Source: Hyphochytrium catenoides
Taxonomy: Eukaryota; Protista; Hyphochytriomycota
Assembly (NCBI GenBank): GCA_900088475.1
Contig: FLMG01002422.1
Coordinates: 1 to 34,480 of the forward strand
Length of the DNA stretch: 34,480 bases
Direction: 5' to 3'
The notes beneath the pieces are model-generated. The model saw nothing but the letters and a program-made list of their open reading frames with translations, did not search any database and was not told where the DNA came from. Positions 33,709-34,480 of this stretch are shown here, piece after piece. The position numbers and the translations under genes were made by a program. Position 1 is the first letter of the stretch. Each line of letters starts with the position of its first letter.

Positions 33709-34182
33709 TTATCATCACGGTGGTGCACCTTCGGATCCCCTCACCTTCGAGGTGACTCACGGTGGATCGCCATTCATTGCGTAATCAAAGAGGTCGAGCG
33801 GACGCACTCCTGGCGGTAAACGCGACATGTACTTACGATCATCAACAGGCAGCTGTCGCTGAGGAGAGCAGCCACTATGTTTGGTCGTCAAGTTGAGTAT
33901 CTTTCAAACCTTCTCGTCAATATCGCTATCGCTTCTTTGATCAAAGAGGTCCAGCCTTCGGGTCTGACCAGGTGATGATTGTGCCACTGACATAGTTCTA
34001 GAGCTTGCGTGCAGACGCCGCTCCCGTGTCTTATCAATAAGAAAGCTCTGAAAAAACACCTCCCAGACAGCGCTCTGCTGATAAATCCTGTAGATTTTAG
34101 AGTCGAAAGGCACTCTGTCTCTGCCTTTTGAGCACTCTTTACAGGTAATAAACTGAAGGATTTCCCTACTTGACCTGTCCAT
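33709..34182 (-). pseudogene. TGA-interrupted ORF remnant of unknown origin
   Basis: The 92-aa ORF continues in frame past the TGA at 33906..33904 for 48 codons, and past the TGA at 33759..33757; LDLFD occurs twice. Confidence 0.3.
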
Positions 34183-34480
34183 CTCTCCCTTTACTTACCG
34201 TTAGCGTCCCTTTTGGTCCACCATACCCACCCACATTACACACACAACAGGGTCCACACCCATACAAACGCACACCCATCAGCTGCCTACAATCCCCTAG
34301 AATCTATTAGGCTCAAACGGCCAAGTCGAGACCCTACAGCTGCCCTAGACTTTATGCCTAAACTTGAAAAGTGCGTTGGCCCAGGTGCATTTCTCCTAGA
34401 CCATCGGCATGAGCGAGTTGTTGGGATGTTGGGGGTCTGTAGCCTATTTTGATTGGGCGGCAATGTGGTGGGGTGGGTGG

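Noticed and set aside
28561-34182. Alternative genetic code (TAR=Gln or TGA reassigned)
   Set aside because: Well-supported genes end in TAG, TAA and TGA, and their conserved exons have no internal stops.
34218-34480. CA-rich and GT-rich ends as possible MITE terminal inverted repeats
   Set aside because: Match is imperfect and low complexity, and the right end is cut by the window edge.

Overview
Intron-rich eukaryotic genomic DNA (GT-AG introns with CTRAC-like branch points, long GA/CT microsatellites, four N gaps). Seven protein-coding genes were reconstructed by hand. (1,2) Two tandem, intronless paralogues encoding single-pass receptor-like proteins with a duplicated beta-sandwich-type ectodomain and a cytoplasmic CxxC-x11-CxxC zinc ribbon. 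(3) A 7TM-RGS protein. (4) A CEP97-like LRR/coiled-coil/IQ protein. (5) Cytoplasmic dynein intermediate chain. (6) A TKL kinase fused to an adenylyl-cyclase-like ~6TM membrane module. (7) A bZIP factor with a C-terminal SnoaL/NTF2-like domain, visible only after splicing. Intergenic DNA holds decayed transposon pieces (L1/Tx1-like LINE, possible Crypton) and several ORF remnants whose stops can all be explained by C->T changes. The gene set suggests a flagellated protist, possibly a stramenopile (inference only). The most interesting signals are the unusual sensor-effector fusions: bZIP-SnoaL, AC-type 6TM-kinase, zinc-ribbon receptors and 7TM-RGS. All domain calls come from motif recognition by eye, not database searches.
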